A DNA stretch of 64,000 bases, taken from the NCBI GenBank assembly GCA_016871195.1, contig VFZN01000012.1, positions 16,302-80,301 on the forward strand, written 5' to 3'. Below, piece after piece: positions 29,539-38,813 of the stretch; positions within the stretch are counted from its first letter, which is position 1, and every line of letters begins with the position of its first letter. The notes beneath the pieces were generated by a model. It was not told the DNA's origin. It saw only the letters and a list, made by a program, of their open reading frames with translations, and ran no database searches. Position numbers and translations under genes: made by a program. The DNA is from Acidobacteriota bacterium (GTDB taxonomy: Bacteria > Acidobacteriota > Vicinamibacteria > Vicinamibacterales > UBA2999).

Positions 29539-31221
29539 ATGACCAGACCGCGTACGAGCTGGATGCTGCACATGGTGATGACGGGGCTGCTGACCGTGCC
29601 CGCGCCCCTGTGGGCGCAGGAGAGCCGGAGCCCGGTGGCCGACGCCGCGCAGGCGGCCGATCGCGACCGCGTGCGGTCGCTGGTGTCGCGTGGCGGTGAC
29701 GTCAATGCGGCGCAGGGGGACGGCACCACCGCGCTGCACTGGGCCGCGATGAAGGGCGATGCCGATCTCATCCGGGTGCTGACGACGGCGGGGGCGAACC
29801 TTCGGGCCACCACACGCCTGGGGGGCTACACTCCGCTCTACTTGGCGGCCCGCGCTGGCCACTACGAGGCCGTGGCGGCGCTGCTGGCGGCAGGGGCCGA
29901 TGTGCACCAGACTAGCACCACCGGTGCGACGCCACTGATGCTGGCCGCCGCTTCCGGTGACACCCGCACCCTCACCGCGCTCGTCGAGGGCGGGTCGAAG
30001 GTCAACGCTGTCGACAAGGCCAAAGGCGAGTCGGCCCTCATGTATGCCGCGGCCTACAACCGCGCCGACGCCGCACGGTTGCTGATCCAGCGCGGTGCCG
30101 ACACCGCCCTCACGACGACGGTCGTGGACCTCAATGCCCTGACCGCCCCCGAGGAATCGAACATGCAGCGGCAGATGGGGGCAGGCCCCGGCAGGCCCGC
30201 GCAGATTCCCGGCCTGACACGTGGCTATCGCTACAACGAACTGATCGGCACGCAGGGGGGCATGACCGCGTTGCATTTTGCGGCGCGGCAGGGCTTCACC
30301 GAGACCGTGATGGCCATGCTCGACGGCGGGGCGCAGATCAATCAGCGCAACTCGGGCGATCGCATGTCGCCGCTGCTCATCGCGATTGTCAACGGACACT
30401 TCGACCTGGCCCGGCGCCTGGTCGAGCGGGGCGCTGACCCGAACCTGACCAGCGCCAATGGGGTCTCGCCGCTCTTCGCGGTGCTCAACGTCTACTGGGC
30501 GCCCAAGTCGCTCTATCCGGGGCCGAAGACCTACCAGCAGCAGCAGACGTCCTATCTCGACCTGATGACGACCCTGCTCGACAAGGGCGCCGACGTGAAC
30601 GCGCGCGTGCGGTACAAGGTCTGGTATCAGGCGTACAACTCCGACTTCTCGGGCGTCGATGAGAGCGGCGCGACGCCGTTCTGGCGCGCGGCCTACGCGA
30701 GCGATGTCGACGCGATGAAGCTCCTGATTGCGCGTGGCGCTGACCCGAACATCGGCACCATCAAGCCGGCGGGCCGTCCCTTCACGGGTGACGGCATCCG
30801 CCAGGTCACCGACCTCTCCGGGCTGCCGCCGATGCCTATCGGCGGACCGGGCGTGATGCCGATTCATGCGGCGAGCGGCGTGGGCTACGGCGAAGGCTTC
30901 GCCGCCAATGCCCACCGCTATGCACCCACCGGGTTTCTCCCGGCCATCAAGTATCTCGTCGAGGAGCTGGGCGCTGACGTGAACGCCGTCGACCACGAAG
31001 GCAACACCCCCGTGCACCTGGCCGCGTCGCGCGGCGACACCGAGGGCATTCTCTACCTCGTGTCGAAGGGGGCAGACGTGACGAAGATCAACCGCGAGGG
31101 CAACTCGACGGCCGATATGGCCAACGGGCCGGTACAGCGCGTACAGCCCTTCCCGGAAACACTCTCCCTGCTCGAGAAGCTCGGGGCCACCAACAACCAC
31201 AAGTGCGTCACCTGCAACTAG
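29539..31221 (+). CDS. Exported ankyrin-repeat protein, copy 2 (intact)
   Basis: Signal peptide, ANK repeats and C-terminal NNHKCVTCN. Confidence 0.9.
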   Translation: MTRPRTSWMLHMVMTGLLTVPAPLWAQESRSPVADAAQAADRDRVRSLVSRGGDVNAAQGDGTTALHWAAMKGDADLIRVLTTAGANLRATTRLGGYTPLYLAARAGHYEAVAALLAAGADVHQTSTTGATPLMLAAASGDTRTLTALVEGGSKVNAVDKAKGESALMYAAAYNRADAARLLIQRGADTALTTTVVDLNALTAPEESNMQRQMGAGPGRPAQIPGLTRGYRYNELIGTQGGMTALHFAARQGFTETVMAMLDGGAQINQRNSGDRMSPLLIAIVNGHFDLARRLVERGADPNLTSANGVSPLFAVLNVYWAPKSLYPGPKTYQQQQTSYLDLMTTLLDKGADVNARVRYKVWYQAYNSDFSGVDESGATPFWRAAYASDVDAMKLLIARGADPNIGTIKPAGRPFTGDGIRQVTDLSGLPPMPIGGPGVMPIHAASGVGYGEGFAANAHRYAPTGFLPAIKYLVEELGADVNAVDHEGNTPVHLAASRGDTEGILYLVSKGADVTKINREGNSTADMANGPVQRVQPFPETLSLLEKLGATNNHKCVTCN

Positions 31222-31232
31222 GATCCCTCCGC

Positions 31233-32078
31233 ATGATTCGTCGAATGCTGTCCCCGTTCCTGCTGCTGACGCTCGCAGCCGTCACGCTGCTGCCCACGTC
31301 GGTGTGGGCCCAGCCCCGCCAAGGGCTGTTCGATCTATGGAAGCAGGGAAAGACTGCCTTCGGTGTGTTCGTGCCCAACGAGAATCCGCAGCGGTTCGAG
31401 CGCGGGCAGCTGCCGCCGAAGGCCATCTACACCGAGGCCGGAGCCAGCAAACTGGCCGCCAACACCTCGTACGATTATCTGTTTCTCAATCTCGAAGGCA
31501 GCTACGACGTCGAGTCGGTCAAGGCGATGGTGCGCGGCTTGCAGTCGGCCACAGGCCGTCGGCCGGCCCTGCTGGTGCGCATTCCCACCATCGAGCGCGA
31601 TGGTGTCGAGATGACCCGTGCCCGCGTGAAGGAAGTCCTTGCGGCCGGAGCCGACGGCATCACGCTGCCGCACATCCGGTCGGTCGAGGAAGCCCGCACC
31701 GCGCTGGGGTTTTTCACAGAGGCCAAGGCCAATGTCTGGTCGCCTGCCAATCCGTCAGGGACGGTCATTGCCATGCTGATGGTCGAGGACCCGCAGGCCG
31801 TCTCGGTCGTCGATCAGATTGCTGATCTCCGGCGGTTCAGCGTGCTGGCCTGCGGCATCGGCAGCCTCACGCAGGCGATGGGCGGCGATCGCGCCGGCGC
31901 CGAGGCCGGGAACCAGAAGGTGCTCGCGGCATCGAAGCGCGTCGGCATTCCCAACATGCTCACCGCCAACAGCAAGGACGTCGAGCAGCGCGTGCGCGAG
32001 GGCTTCCTCGGTCTGCTCGGTCAGGGTGCGGCTGGTGACGAAATGATCGCCGTAGGTCGCAAGGCCGCAGGCCGCTAG
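31233..32078 (+). CDS. HpcH/HpaI aldolase-like protein with signal peptide
   Basis: LLVRIP, LAAGADGITLPHIRSVEEAR and MLMVED; N-terminal Sec-type signal ending VWA/Q. Confidence 0.7.
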   Translation: MIRRMLSPFLLLTLAAVTLLPTSVWAQPRQGLFDLWKQGKTAFGVFVPNENPQRFERGQLPPKAIYTEAGASKLAANTSYDYLFLNLEGSYDVESVKAMVRGLQSATGRRPALLVRIPTIERDGVEMTRARVKEVLAAGADGITLPHIRSVEEARTALGFFTEAKANVWSPANPSGTVIAMLMVEDPQAVSVVDQIADLRRFSVLACGIGSLTQAMGGDRAGAEAGNQKVLAASKRVGIPNMLTANSKDVEQRVREGFLGLLGQGAAGDEMIAVGRKAAGR

Positions 32079-32154
32079 GCACACCCGCACGCAGGCGACG
32101 GGCACCTCGGGCCCGTTCTGGTGAACCACGGCACACGCATGTATGCTGACAGGT

Positions 32155-33639
32155 ATGCCTGTGCCGATCACGTTTCCCTTCGACACCGTGCGTCTGGGTC
32201 TGGTCGCTGCCGCACTCGCGGTGGCGACGTCCTGCAGCGGTGTTCAGCCACCACCACGCGCGGTCGACCGTCTCTCTCCCTGCCTCAAAGCCGACGGCCC
32301 AGACGATGCCTACTGCGGCAGCCTGACGGTGCCCGAGGATCGCGCGAAGCCCGAGGGACGGCAACTCAGTCTCAAGGTCGTCGTCCTTCCGGCGCTCAGC
32401 CGCACCCCCGCGGACGACCCTCTGTTCTTTCTCGCGGGCGGCCCCGGTCAGGGCGCCGCCACCATGGCCGACCTCATCGGGCAGATGTTCGGTCGGGTGC
32501 AGACCGACCGCGACATCGTCCTGGTCGACCAGCGGGGCACCGGCGGTTCTGGCGGTCTCGAATGCGGCTCATCGGACGACTCACTGAGCGGCATTAACGA
32601 ACCGTCGGCCGTGGCCCTCGACCGCCTCAGGAGCTGCCTCGCCAGCTACGGTGCCGACACGCGCATGTACACCACGCCGGTGGCCATGGACGACCTCGAT
32701 GCCGTGCGCACGTGGCTGGGCTATGACCGTATCAACCTGTACGGCGGCTCGTATGGCACGCGCGCCGCACTGGCCTACCTGCGGCAGCACGGGGCGCACG
32801 TGCGCAGCGTGGTGCTCGACGGGGTGGCACCCCCCGAGTTGCGCCTGCCCATGTTCTTTGCGCGCGACGCCCAGCGTGCGCTCGACCGGATGTATGCGGC
32901 CTGCGACGCCGACGAGTCCTGCGCCGCTCGCCATCCTCAGCTGGCCAGCCGCGTGGCCGCGCTTTTCGCACGGCTCGAAGCGGCACCCGCGCGCGTGACC
33001 CTGGTGCACCCGCGCACCGGGGTCAGCGAACCGGTCACGATTACCGCGCCGGTCCTGGCGAGCGTGGTCGCGTCCGCCCTGTATGCACCACTCACCACGT
33101 CGATGCTGCCCGAACTGCTGGCCCGTGCCGAACGCGACGACTATCAGGGGCTCGTGGCTCTGGCAACACTCGGCGATTCAGTCTCCGAAAACATGAGCGT
33201 CGGCATGCATTTTTCTGTCATCTGTGCGGAAGACGTGCCCCGCATCGCCGAAGCGGAGTTCGCTGCAGCGACGGCGAACACCATCTTCGGTCGGCACCTC
33301 ATGCGCCAGACCATGGAAACCTGCCGCTCCTGGCCGGCCGGCACGGTGCCCCCCGAGTACTTCACGCCGGTCACGTCGGACGTGCCGACGCTGGTGCTGT
33401 CCGGGGATCTCGATCCGGTGACGCCGCCCTCGTGGGGCGCGGCGGTGTCCTCGACGCTGTCGCACAGCCTGCATGTGATCGCGCCACAGACGGGCCATGG
33501 GGTGGTGGCCACCGGCTGCGGCATCCGCATGGTGACCGACTTTCTGTCGGCGGGCACGACCGATGGGCTCGACACCGCATGCGTCGAAGCCATCACGCGC
33601 CCGCCGTTCTTTCTCACTCCGGCGGGGGTGGCACGATGA
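32155..33639 (+). CDS. Alpha/beta hydrolase, TAP (tripeptidyl aminopeptidase)-like lipoprotein
   Basis: LAGGPG, DQRGTG, GGSYG nucleophile, DPVTP and GHG; lipobox-like ATSC. Confidence 0.88.
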   Translation: MPVPITFPFDTVRLGLVAAALAVATSCSGVQPPPRAVDRLSPCLKADGPDDAYCGSLTVPEDRAKPEGRQLSLKVVVLPALSRTPADDPLFFLAGGPGQGAATMADLIGQMFGRVQTDRDIVLVDQRGTGGSGGLECGSSDDSLSGINEPSAVALDRLRSCLASYGADTRMYTTPVAMDDLDAVRTWLGYDRINLYGGSYGTRAALAYLRQHGAHVRSVVLDGVAPPELRLPMFFARDAQRALDRMYAACDADESCAARHPQLASRVAALFARLEAAPARVTLVHPRTGVSEPVTITAPVLASVVASALYAPLTTSMLPELLARAERDDYQGLVALATLGDSVSENMSVGMHFSVICAEDVPRIAEAEFAAATANTIFGRHLMRQTMETCRSWPAGTVPPEYFTPVTSDVPTLVLSGDLDPVTPPSWGAAVSSTLSHSLHVIAPQTGHGVVATGCGIRMVTDFLSAGTTDGLDTACVEAITRPPFFLTPAGVAR

Positions 33640-34370
33640 TGCAGGTCGAGTCGGTGCGCAAGCAGTTCGGCGAGATTACGGCCGTCGCCAGCGTGAGCTT
33701 CCCAGTCCCCGACGGGGCCATCACGGGCCTGCTCGGTCCCAATGGCGCGGGCAAGACCACGACGCTGCGCATGCTCTACGCGCTGCTGCAACCCGATGCC
33801 GGGCGCGTGCTGGTCGATGGCATCGATGCGACCCTGCATCCGCAGGATGCGCAGGGGCGCATGGGCGTGCTGCCTGATGTCTCGGGACTCTATCCGCGCC
33901 TGACGGCCCGCGAGCACATTGCCTACTTCGCCGAACTGCAGGGCCTCTCGGCCCACGAGACCGAGACGCGCGCCGAGGCACTGATCACGCTGCTCGAGAT
34001 GCAGGCGATCGCTGACCGCCGCGTCGCCGGGTTCTCGCACGGCGAACGCACCAAGGTGGCGCTGGCGCGGGCGCTGGTGCATCATCCGCAGAACATCCTG
34101 CTCGATGAGCCCACCAACGGCCTCGATGTGATGAGCACGCGCGCGGTGCGACGTCTCATCCGCCAGATGCGCGACGAGGGACGGGCGGTGCTCTTTTCCA
34201 GCCATGTCATGCAGGAAGTCTCAGCCCTTTGCGATCACATCGTCGTGATTGCCCATGGCCGGGTCGTGGCCACCGGTAGTCCCGATGCGCTGCGCGAACA
34301 GACCGGGCACCACAATCTGGAAGACGCCTTTGTCGCCCTCGTCGGTCTGGATGCGGAGGCAGACGCATGA
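33636..34370 (+). CDS. ABC transporter ATP-binding protein (NatA-like)
   Basis: [14 protein letters not shown] signature variant, [10 protein letters not shown] and SSH. Confidence 0.9.
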   Translation: MMQVESVRKQFGEITAVASVSFPVPDGAITGLLGPNGAGKTTTLRMLYALLQPDAGRVLVDGIDATLHPQDAQGRMGVLPDVSGLYPRLTAREHIAYFAELQGLSAHETETRAEALITLLEMQAIADRRVAGFSHGERTKVALARALVHHPQNILLDEPTNGLDVMSTRAVRRLIRQMRDEGRAVLFSSHVMQEVSALCDHIVVIAHGRVVATGSPDALREQTGHHNLEDAFVALVGLDAEADA

Positions 34371-35551
34371 GCAGACGAACGCTGGCGCAGTCGCTTGCCG
34401 TCATGCGCAAGGAGCTGCGCGACGGTTTCCGTGATCGTCGCGCCGTCTTTTCGCTGGTGTTCGGGGCCGCCGTGGGGCCCCTGCTCGTGGGCGGCATTCT
34501 CGCCTTCATGGCGGGCCGCGTGCGCGACGCCCAGGACGTGTCGATTCCCGTAGTCGGCAGCACGCACGCACCGGCACTGGTGCAGTGGCTGCGGCAGCAG
34601 CCGGGTGTCACCGTCACGCCAGGGCCTGCGGATCCGGAAGAGGCGATCCGTCGCCAGACCGAGGATGTGGTGGTCGTCATCCCCGACGATTTCGAGGTGG
34701 ACTTTTCCGCCTATCGCCCGGCCGAGGTTAACGTGCTGGCCGACAGCTCGCGGACGGCGGCACGGCCCAAGCAGCAGCGCGTGCGGGCACTGCTGAACCG
34801 CTATGGAGCAGAGGTGGCCGCGCTCCGGCTGGTGGCACGCGGTGTCAGCCCGTCCGTGGTGACACCGGTCCGGCCCGTCGAGGTCGACATCGCCAGCTCG
34901 CAGCAGCGCGCCGCGATGATCATCGACTTTATTCCGCTCTACATCATGCTTGCCGCTTTCACCGGGGGCATGCTGATCGCCACCGACGCGACCGCGGGTG
35001 AGCGCGAGCGCGGGTCGCTCGAGGCCTTGCTGGTCACGCCGGCCCCTCGCCGCGCCCTGGCGGCCGGCAAGTGGCTGGCGGCAGGAATGTTTTCCCTTAT
35101 CTCCGTCGCTCTCACGACCATCCTCTGCGTAGTCGTCGTCAACCGGATTCCGCTGCAGGATTTCGGCGTGCGGCTCTTCATCGACACGAGGAACGTGGCA
35201 GGCCTGGTGGGTGTGGTGCTGCCTGTGTGCACGCTCGCGCCGGCGATGCAGTTGTATCTGTCGACCTTCGCCAGATCATTCAAGGAAGCCCAGAGCTACC
35301 TCGGATTTCTGGTGCTGGTGCCGATGCTGCCGGGGCTGATCGGGTCGCTGGCGCCCATCCGCGGCCTGTGGTGGATGTATGCCGTGCCATTCCTCGGGCA
35401 ACACCTGCTGCTGACCGACATCATGGGCGGCAAGCCCCTGCTGGTGCTGCATGTGGTGCTGTCAGTGACTGCCACGATCGGCCTGGCTCTGGGGCTGTTT
35501 CAGGGATTCGCGCGCCTGCTGACGCGCGAGCGGATTATCTTCGGCCGATGA
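34367..35551 (+). CDS. ABC transporter permease (NatB-like)
   Basis: KELRD..RDRR, AGERERGSLEALL and ARSFKEAQSY; multiple TMs. Confidence 0.88.
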   Translation: MSRRTLAQSLAVMRKELRDGFRDRRAVFSLVFGAAVGPLLVGGILAFMAGRVRDAQDVSIPVVGSTHAPALVQWLRQQPGVTVTPGPADPEEAIRRQTEDVVVVIPDDFEVDFSAYRPAEVNVLADSSRTAARPKQQRVRALLNRYGAEVAALRLVARGVSPSVVTPVRPVEVDIASSQQRAAMIIDFIPLYIMLAAFTGGMLIATDATAGERERGSLEALLVTPAPRRALAAGKWLAAGMFSLISVALTTILCVVVVNRIPLQDFGVRLFIDTRNVAGLVGVVLPVCTLAPAMQLYLSTFARSFKEAQSYLGFLVLVPMLPGLIGSLAPIRGLWWMYAVPFLGQHLLLTDIMGGKPLLVLHVVLSVTATIGLALGLFQGFARLLTRERIIFGR

Positions 35552-35569
35552 CGCGGGCCTGAAGGAAAG

Positions 35570-35646
35570 TGGTCGGGGCGACTGGATTCGAACCAGCGAC
35601 ATCCCGCTCCCAAAGCGGGCGCTCTACCAGGCTGAGCCACGCCCCG
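35570..35646 (-). tRNA. tRNA-Pro (UGG)
   Basis: CGGGGCG/CGCCCCG acceptor stem, anticodon arm CCCGC-TTTGGGA-GCGGG and CCA. Confidence 0.96.
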
Positions 35647-36250
35647 ACGCTACGCCGAATTGTATCGCACCGGCGAGGCAGGCCCGTCGAAAGTCGCGGA
35701 ACGCCCGCCCCCGATGCGACACCGTCGCCTTCTCCTCGAGTGACAATTCGGCGGTCGTGCGGGCCATCGGTCGATACAGAAAAATCGGGTCGTAGCCGAA
35801 GCCACCCGTGCCGCGGGGCGCGACAATAGTGCCGGCCACAGAGGCTTCGGTCTCAAACACGATGCAGGAGCCCACGGCAACGGCCAGCGCGGTCACAAAT
35901 CGTGCGTCACGCGTGGCGCCAGGTACGCGTGCCAGTCGTCGCTCAATCTCGGCGAACCGCTCGGGATACGTCGCGGCATCACCAAGGAATTGCGCCGAGT
36001 GAATGCCAGGGGCGCCTCCCAGTGCGTCGATGACCAGTCCGGAATCCTCTGCGACCACCGGCAGCCCGGAGGCGGCCGCATAGGCCAGCGCCTTGATGCG
36101 GGCATTCTCGCGGAAGGTCGACCCGGTTTCGTCAGGCACCGCGATGGGCGCGAGGTCGGCGAGGGTCTTCCACGCCATTGGCACGCCGTCGAGCAGCGGC
36201 AGCATCTCGCGCAGCTTGCCTGGATTGGTGGTGGCCAGCAGGACGGTCAT
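35624..36250 (-). CDS. rdgB: dITP/XTP pyrophosphatase (Ham1 family)
   Basis: [28 protein letters not shown] and SHR; follows rph. Confidence 0.93.
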   Translation of the reverse strand: MTVLLATTNPGKLREMLPLLDGVPMAWKTLADLAPIAVPDETGSTFRENARIKALAYAAASGLPVVAEDSGLVIDALGGAPGIHSAQFLGDAATYPERFAEIERRLARVPGATRDARFVTALAVAVGSCIVFETEASVAGTIVAPRGTGGFGYDPIFLYRPMARTTAELSLEEKATVSHRGRAFRDFRRACLAGAIQFGVASGRGSAW

Positions 36251-36978
36251 CGTCCGAGGATGCCGCCGACAATCTCTCGCTGACGGGCGATGAGGTGCGT
36301 GATGCCGGCGTCGGCGAGGCTCAGCAGACCCACGAGCGCGTCGGTGCCGAAGGGTTCCGTTTCAGCGGTGCCCTGCAGTTCGATGAAGCGCCCGTCACCG
36401 GTTTTGACGATGTTCATGTCGACGTCGGCTTTGGAATCTTCCTCATAGGCGAGGTCGAGCAGCGGCATGCCGCCGACAATGCCGACGCTGGTGGCCGCCA
36501 CGTAATCTGCCACAGGAATCGTCTTGAGTTGGCCAGAGCCGCGCAGTTTGTCGAAGGCGAGCACCATTGCCACAAACGCCCCCGTGATGGAGGCCGTGCG
36601 CGTGCCGCCGTCCGCCTGAATGACGTCGCAGTCGAGATAGATGGTGCGTTCGCCGAACTCGGTCATGCGGACGACGCTGCGCATCGAGCGACCGATCAGT
36701 CGCTGAATTTCCATGGTGCGTCCGCCCACTTTGCCCGACGCGGCTTCGCGTGTGTTGCGGGTGTGTGTGGCGCGCGGCAGCATGCCGTACTCGGCCGTGA
36801 CCCACCCCTTGCCGGTGCCGCGCAGGAACGGCGGCACGCGGTCTTCGACGCTGGCCGAACAGACCACTTTCGTGCGGCCGACTTCGATGAGCACCGATCC
36901 TTCGGCATGCGCGAGGTAGTCCGGCGTGAGGGTGGTGGGGCGCAGGTCTGCAGGCCCGCGGTCGTATTGTCTGGTCAT
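36247..36978 (-). CDS. rph: Ribonuclease PH
   Basis: [30 protein letters not shown] and [16 protein letters not shown]. Confidence 0.97.
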   Translation of the reverse strand: MTRQYDRGPADLRPTTLTPDYLAHAEGSVLIEVGRTKVVCSASVEDRVPPFLRGTGKGWVTAEYGMLPRATHTRNTREAASGKVGGRTMEIQRLIGRSMRSVVRMTEFGERTIYLDCDVIQADGGTRTASITGAFVAMVLAFDKLRGSGQLKTIPVADYVAATSVGIVGGMPLLDLAYEEDSKADVDMNIVKTGDGRFIELQGTAETEPFGTDALVGLLSLADAGITHLIARQREIVGGILGR

Positions 36979-37592
36979 GGTCTGGTCTCGGAAGAAGGCC
37001 CCGGTGGGCGTGTGAGGTGGTCGGCACGGCGCAGCGGGCGCCGCAGGTCGACATGGCCGGCGAGGGTCTCGACCTCTCGACCGTCGATAAGAATCTGCAC
37101 GGCCGTGGCGGATGGCATGGCATCAAGCACGGTGTGCACCACGCTGTAGGTGGTCAGCACTTCGCGCAGGGTGCCCCCGGGATGTGCGCGTGCGACATCA
37201 CCGCCCAGATCGACATAGATTTCACCGGTATCGGTGGCATACAGGCCGAGGAGCGTGGTGCCCGTGGGTATGGCTGAGGTCAAGGGTGGGCGTGGCTTCA
37301 GGGTCAGCAGCGCATCGAGGGCCCCCCGCGCCTGATCGAGCGGCGACGATTCCTGCACCATGTCCTGGGGGATGGTGACCAGATGCGTGCCATCCGCGGC
37401 CACCACCCACACCGGCACTCGGGTGCGTGCGCGAGGCGTCGGGGCCACCGTCGGAGCCTGCACGGCGGGTGTTGCGGCCGTCGGGATCAGCGGAGGACCG
37501 AACAGCCGGGTGACCTGCGACAGCAGTACCCATCCGAAGAACGCAGCGAGCACCAGCCCGGCCAGCGTCAGCATCATGCCGCGCGCGGTCAC
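36975..37592 (-). CDS. GerMN domain protein, membrane anchored
   Basis: N-terminal TM; SAIPTGT.LL, YVDL, E.LT.YS.V.T and [17 protein letters not shown]; GTGA overlap with the amidase. Confidence 0.85.
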   Translation of the reverse strand: MTARGMMLTLAGLVLAAFFGWVLLSQVTRLFGPPLIPTAATPAVQAPTVAPTPRARTRVPVWVVAADGTHLVTIPQDMVQESSPLDQARGALDALLTLKPRPPLTSAIPTGTTLLGLYATDTGEIYVDLGGDVARAHPGGTLREVLTTYSVVHTVLDAMPSATAVQILIDGREVETLAGHVDLRRPLRRADHLTRPPGPSSETRP

Positions 37593-38368
37593 GGCGCAGG
37601 CGTCTCCGCGAGAAACTGCAGCACGGCCTCGCGCAACTGCCGGGCGACGGCCTCCTGGCCCTCGGCCGAGCCCAGGCGCGCCATGTCGTCGACGTGGGTG
37701 GCGTAGCCGAGGTCGGCGACCACGGCCGCCATGGTGGCTCCCGTCAGCACGGCGAGCGGCGCCGACTGGACGCCGCGCGGACTCAGGTGTCCCGTGGCCT
37801 CGAATGCGGCGGCCATCGCGCCGGCCAATCGCATCGACTCGTCCCGGTGCCGCAGCGCGACGCGATCCCATGGGGCAAACTCAATCACCCGCGTGCCACC
37901 GCCAGTCACAGGTAACGGCGTACCTGGCGACTCAAGAGTCACCCCGCCGGAATCGTCAGCGGCGAGCACCGTGAATTCAGCGCCGTGCAGCGTGTCGGCG
38001 GCAGACGCAGTCACGTGCAGGCTGATCAGCGCGGCGGCCCTGCGGGTGTTGGCCAGGGCGGTCCGGTCGCGCAGCGACAGCCGGCGGTCGTCGTCGCGGG
38101 TCAGCACCGTGACGACCTCCGGTCGGCCGTCCAGCGCGGTGCGGAGGCGCCGGGCAATGGCGAGGGTGATGTCCTTTTCGGGCATCCCTGCAGGGGCGAC
38201 CGTACCGGCATCGTCTCCTCCGTGTCCCGGATCGATGACGACGACACGCGCACCAGTCGTCAACCGCTCCTGCGCCTGCGGCGATGTCTCATCGGCCTGC
38301 AGACGCAGCCACGAGGCACTGCCGACCAGCGCCAGCGCCATGATGAATCCGGAAAGACGACGATGCAT
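37589..38368 (-). CDS. N-acetylmuramoyl-L-alanine amidase (Amidase_3)
   Basis: VVIDPGHGG, EKDITL, LTRDDD, R...AN and ISLH; catalytic position reads VADLGY. Confidence 0.85.
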   Translation of the reverse strand: MHRRLSGFIMALALVGSASWLRLQADETSPQAQERLTTGARVVVIDPGHGGDDAGTVAPAGMPEKDITLAIARRLRTALDGRPEVVTVLTRDDDRRLSLRDRTALANTRRAAALISLHVTASAADTLHGAEFTVLAADDSGGVTLESPGTPLPVTGGGTRVIEFAPWDRVALRHRDESMRLAGAMAAAFEATGHLSPRGVQSAPLAVLTGATMAAVVADLGYATHVDDMARLGSAEGQEAVARQLREAVLQFLAETPAP

Positions 38369-38394
38369 GTCGGCATCGCCATTGTACGGCAGGC

Positions 38395-38763
38395 CTATCG
38401 ACGGGGCCGGGCGAGGCGTATCGGCCCGCGGGCGGTCGACGGGTCGACCGGGCGCCCTCCCTGGGTGATGGTCAGCAGGCCCTGGGCGTGCAGGCGGCGT
38501 GCGGCCTGACGCGCCGGTTCCATCAGGGGGCGCCAGTTGTCGGGCGAGACCAGGCGTGCGGCCTCGGACGGGCAGAGACTCGCGTCGCCGCCACGTGCCG
38601 CCAGCAGTTGCTGGATGGCGGCTTCCAGTGCGACGTCGGAGGGCCCGAGGCGGTGTGTGCGGCAGCCGGTGCTGCAGTAGAGGACCGAATCCCAGGTGCG
38701 GGCCCACTTCTTCCGCCACGTGATGCGGCGTCCGCAGCGGGCACAGGATTTGTCGGGCAGCAC
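38395..38763 (-). CDS. DUF2256-DUF3253 fusion protein
   Basis: KSCARCGR.I.WRKKW...W..V.YCS..CR followed by SLCPSEAAR..WR.LM...R.AARRL...G...ITQ.G..VDP..ARGPIRL. Start uncertain. Confidence 0.85.
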   Translation of the reverse strand: MLPDKSCARCGRRITWRKKWARTWDSVLYCSTGCRTHRLGPSDVALEAAIQQLLAARGGDASLCPSEAARLVSPDNWRPLMEPARQAARRLHAQGLLTITQGGRPVDPSTARGPIRLARPRR

Positions 38764-38772
38764 AGCAGGTGA

Positions 38773-38796
38773 GACGCCCGGGCTGTCCCGGGCGTC
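38773..38796. terminator. 10-bp stem hairpin downstream of the dienelactone hydrolase gene
   Basis: GACGCCCGGG-ctgt-CCCGGGCGTC; no clear U-tract. Confidence 0.4.
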
Positions 38797-38813
38797 CCCA
38801 CCGTGATGAGGGG

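Noticed and set aside
29173-31200. Long antisense or alternate-frame ORFs (e.g. 29173-31200 -, 20924-22684 -, 13354-14934 -, 26226-27635 -)
   Set aside because: Shadow ORFs expected in high-GC DNA opposite or within genes with clear family motifs; no recognisable domains.
19745-31221. Cassette duplication as an assembly artefact
   Set aside because: The copies differ at many amino-acid and synonymous positions throughout, consistent with real paralogues.
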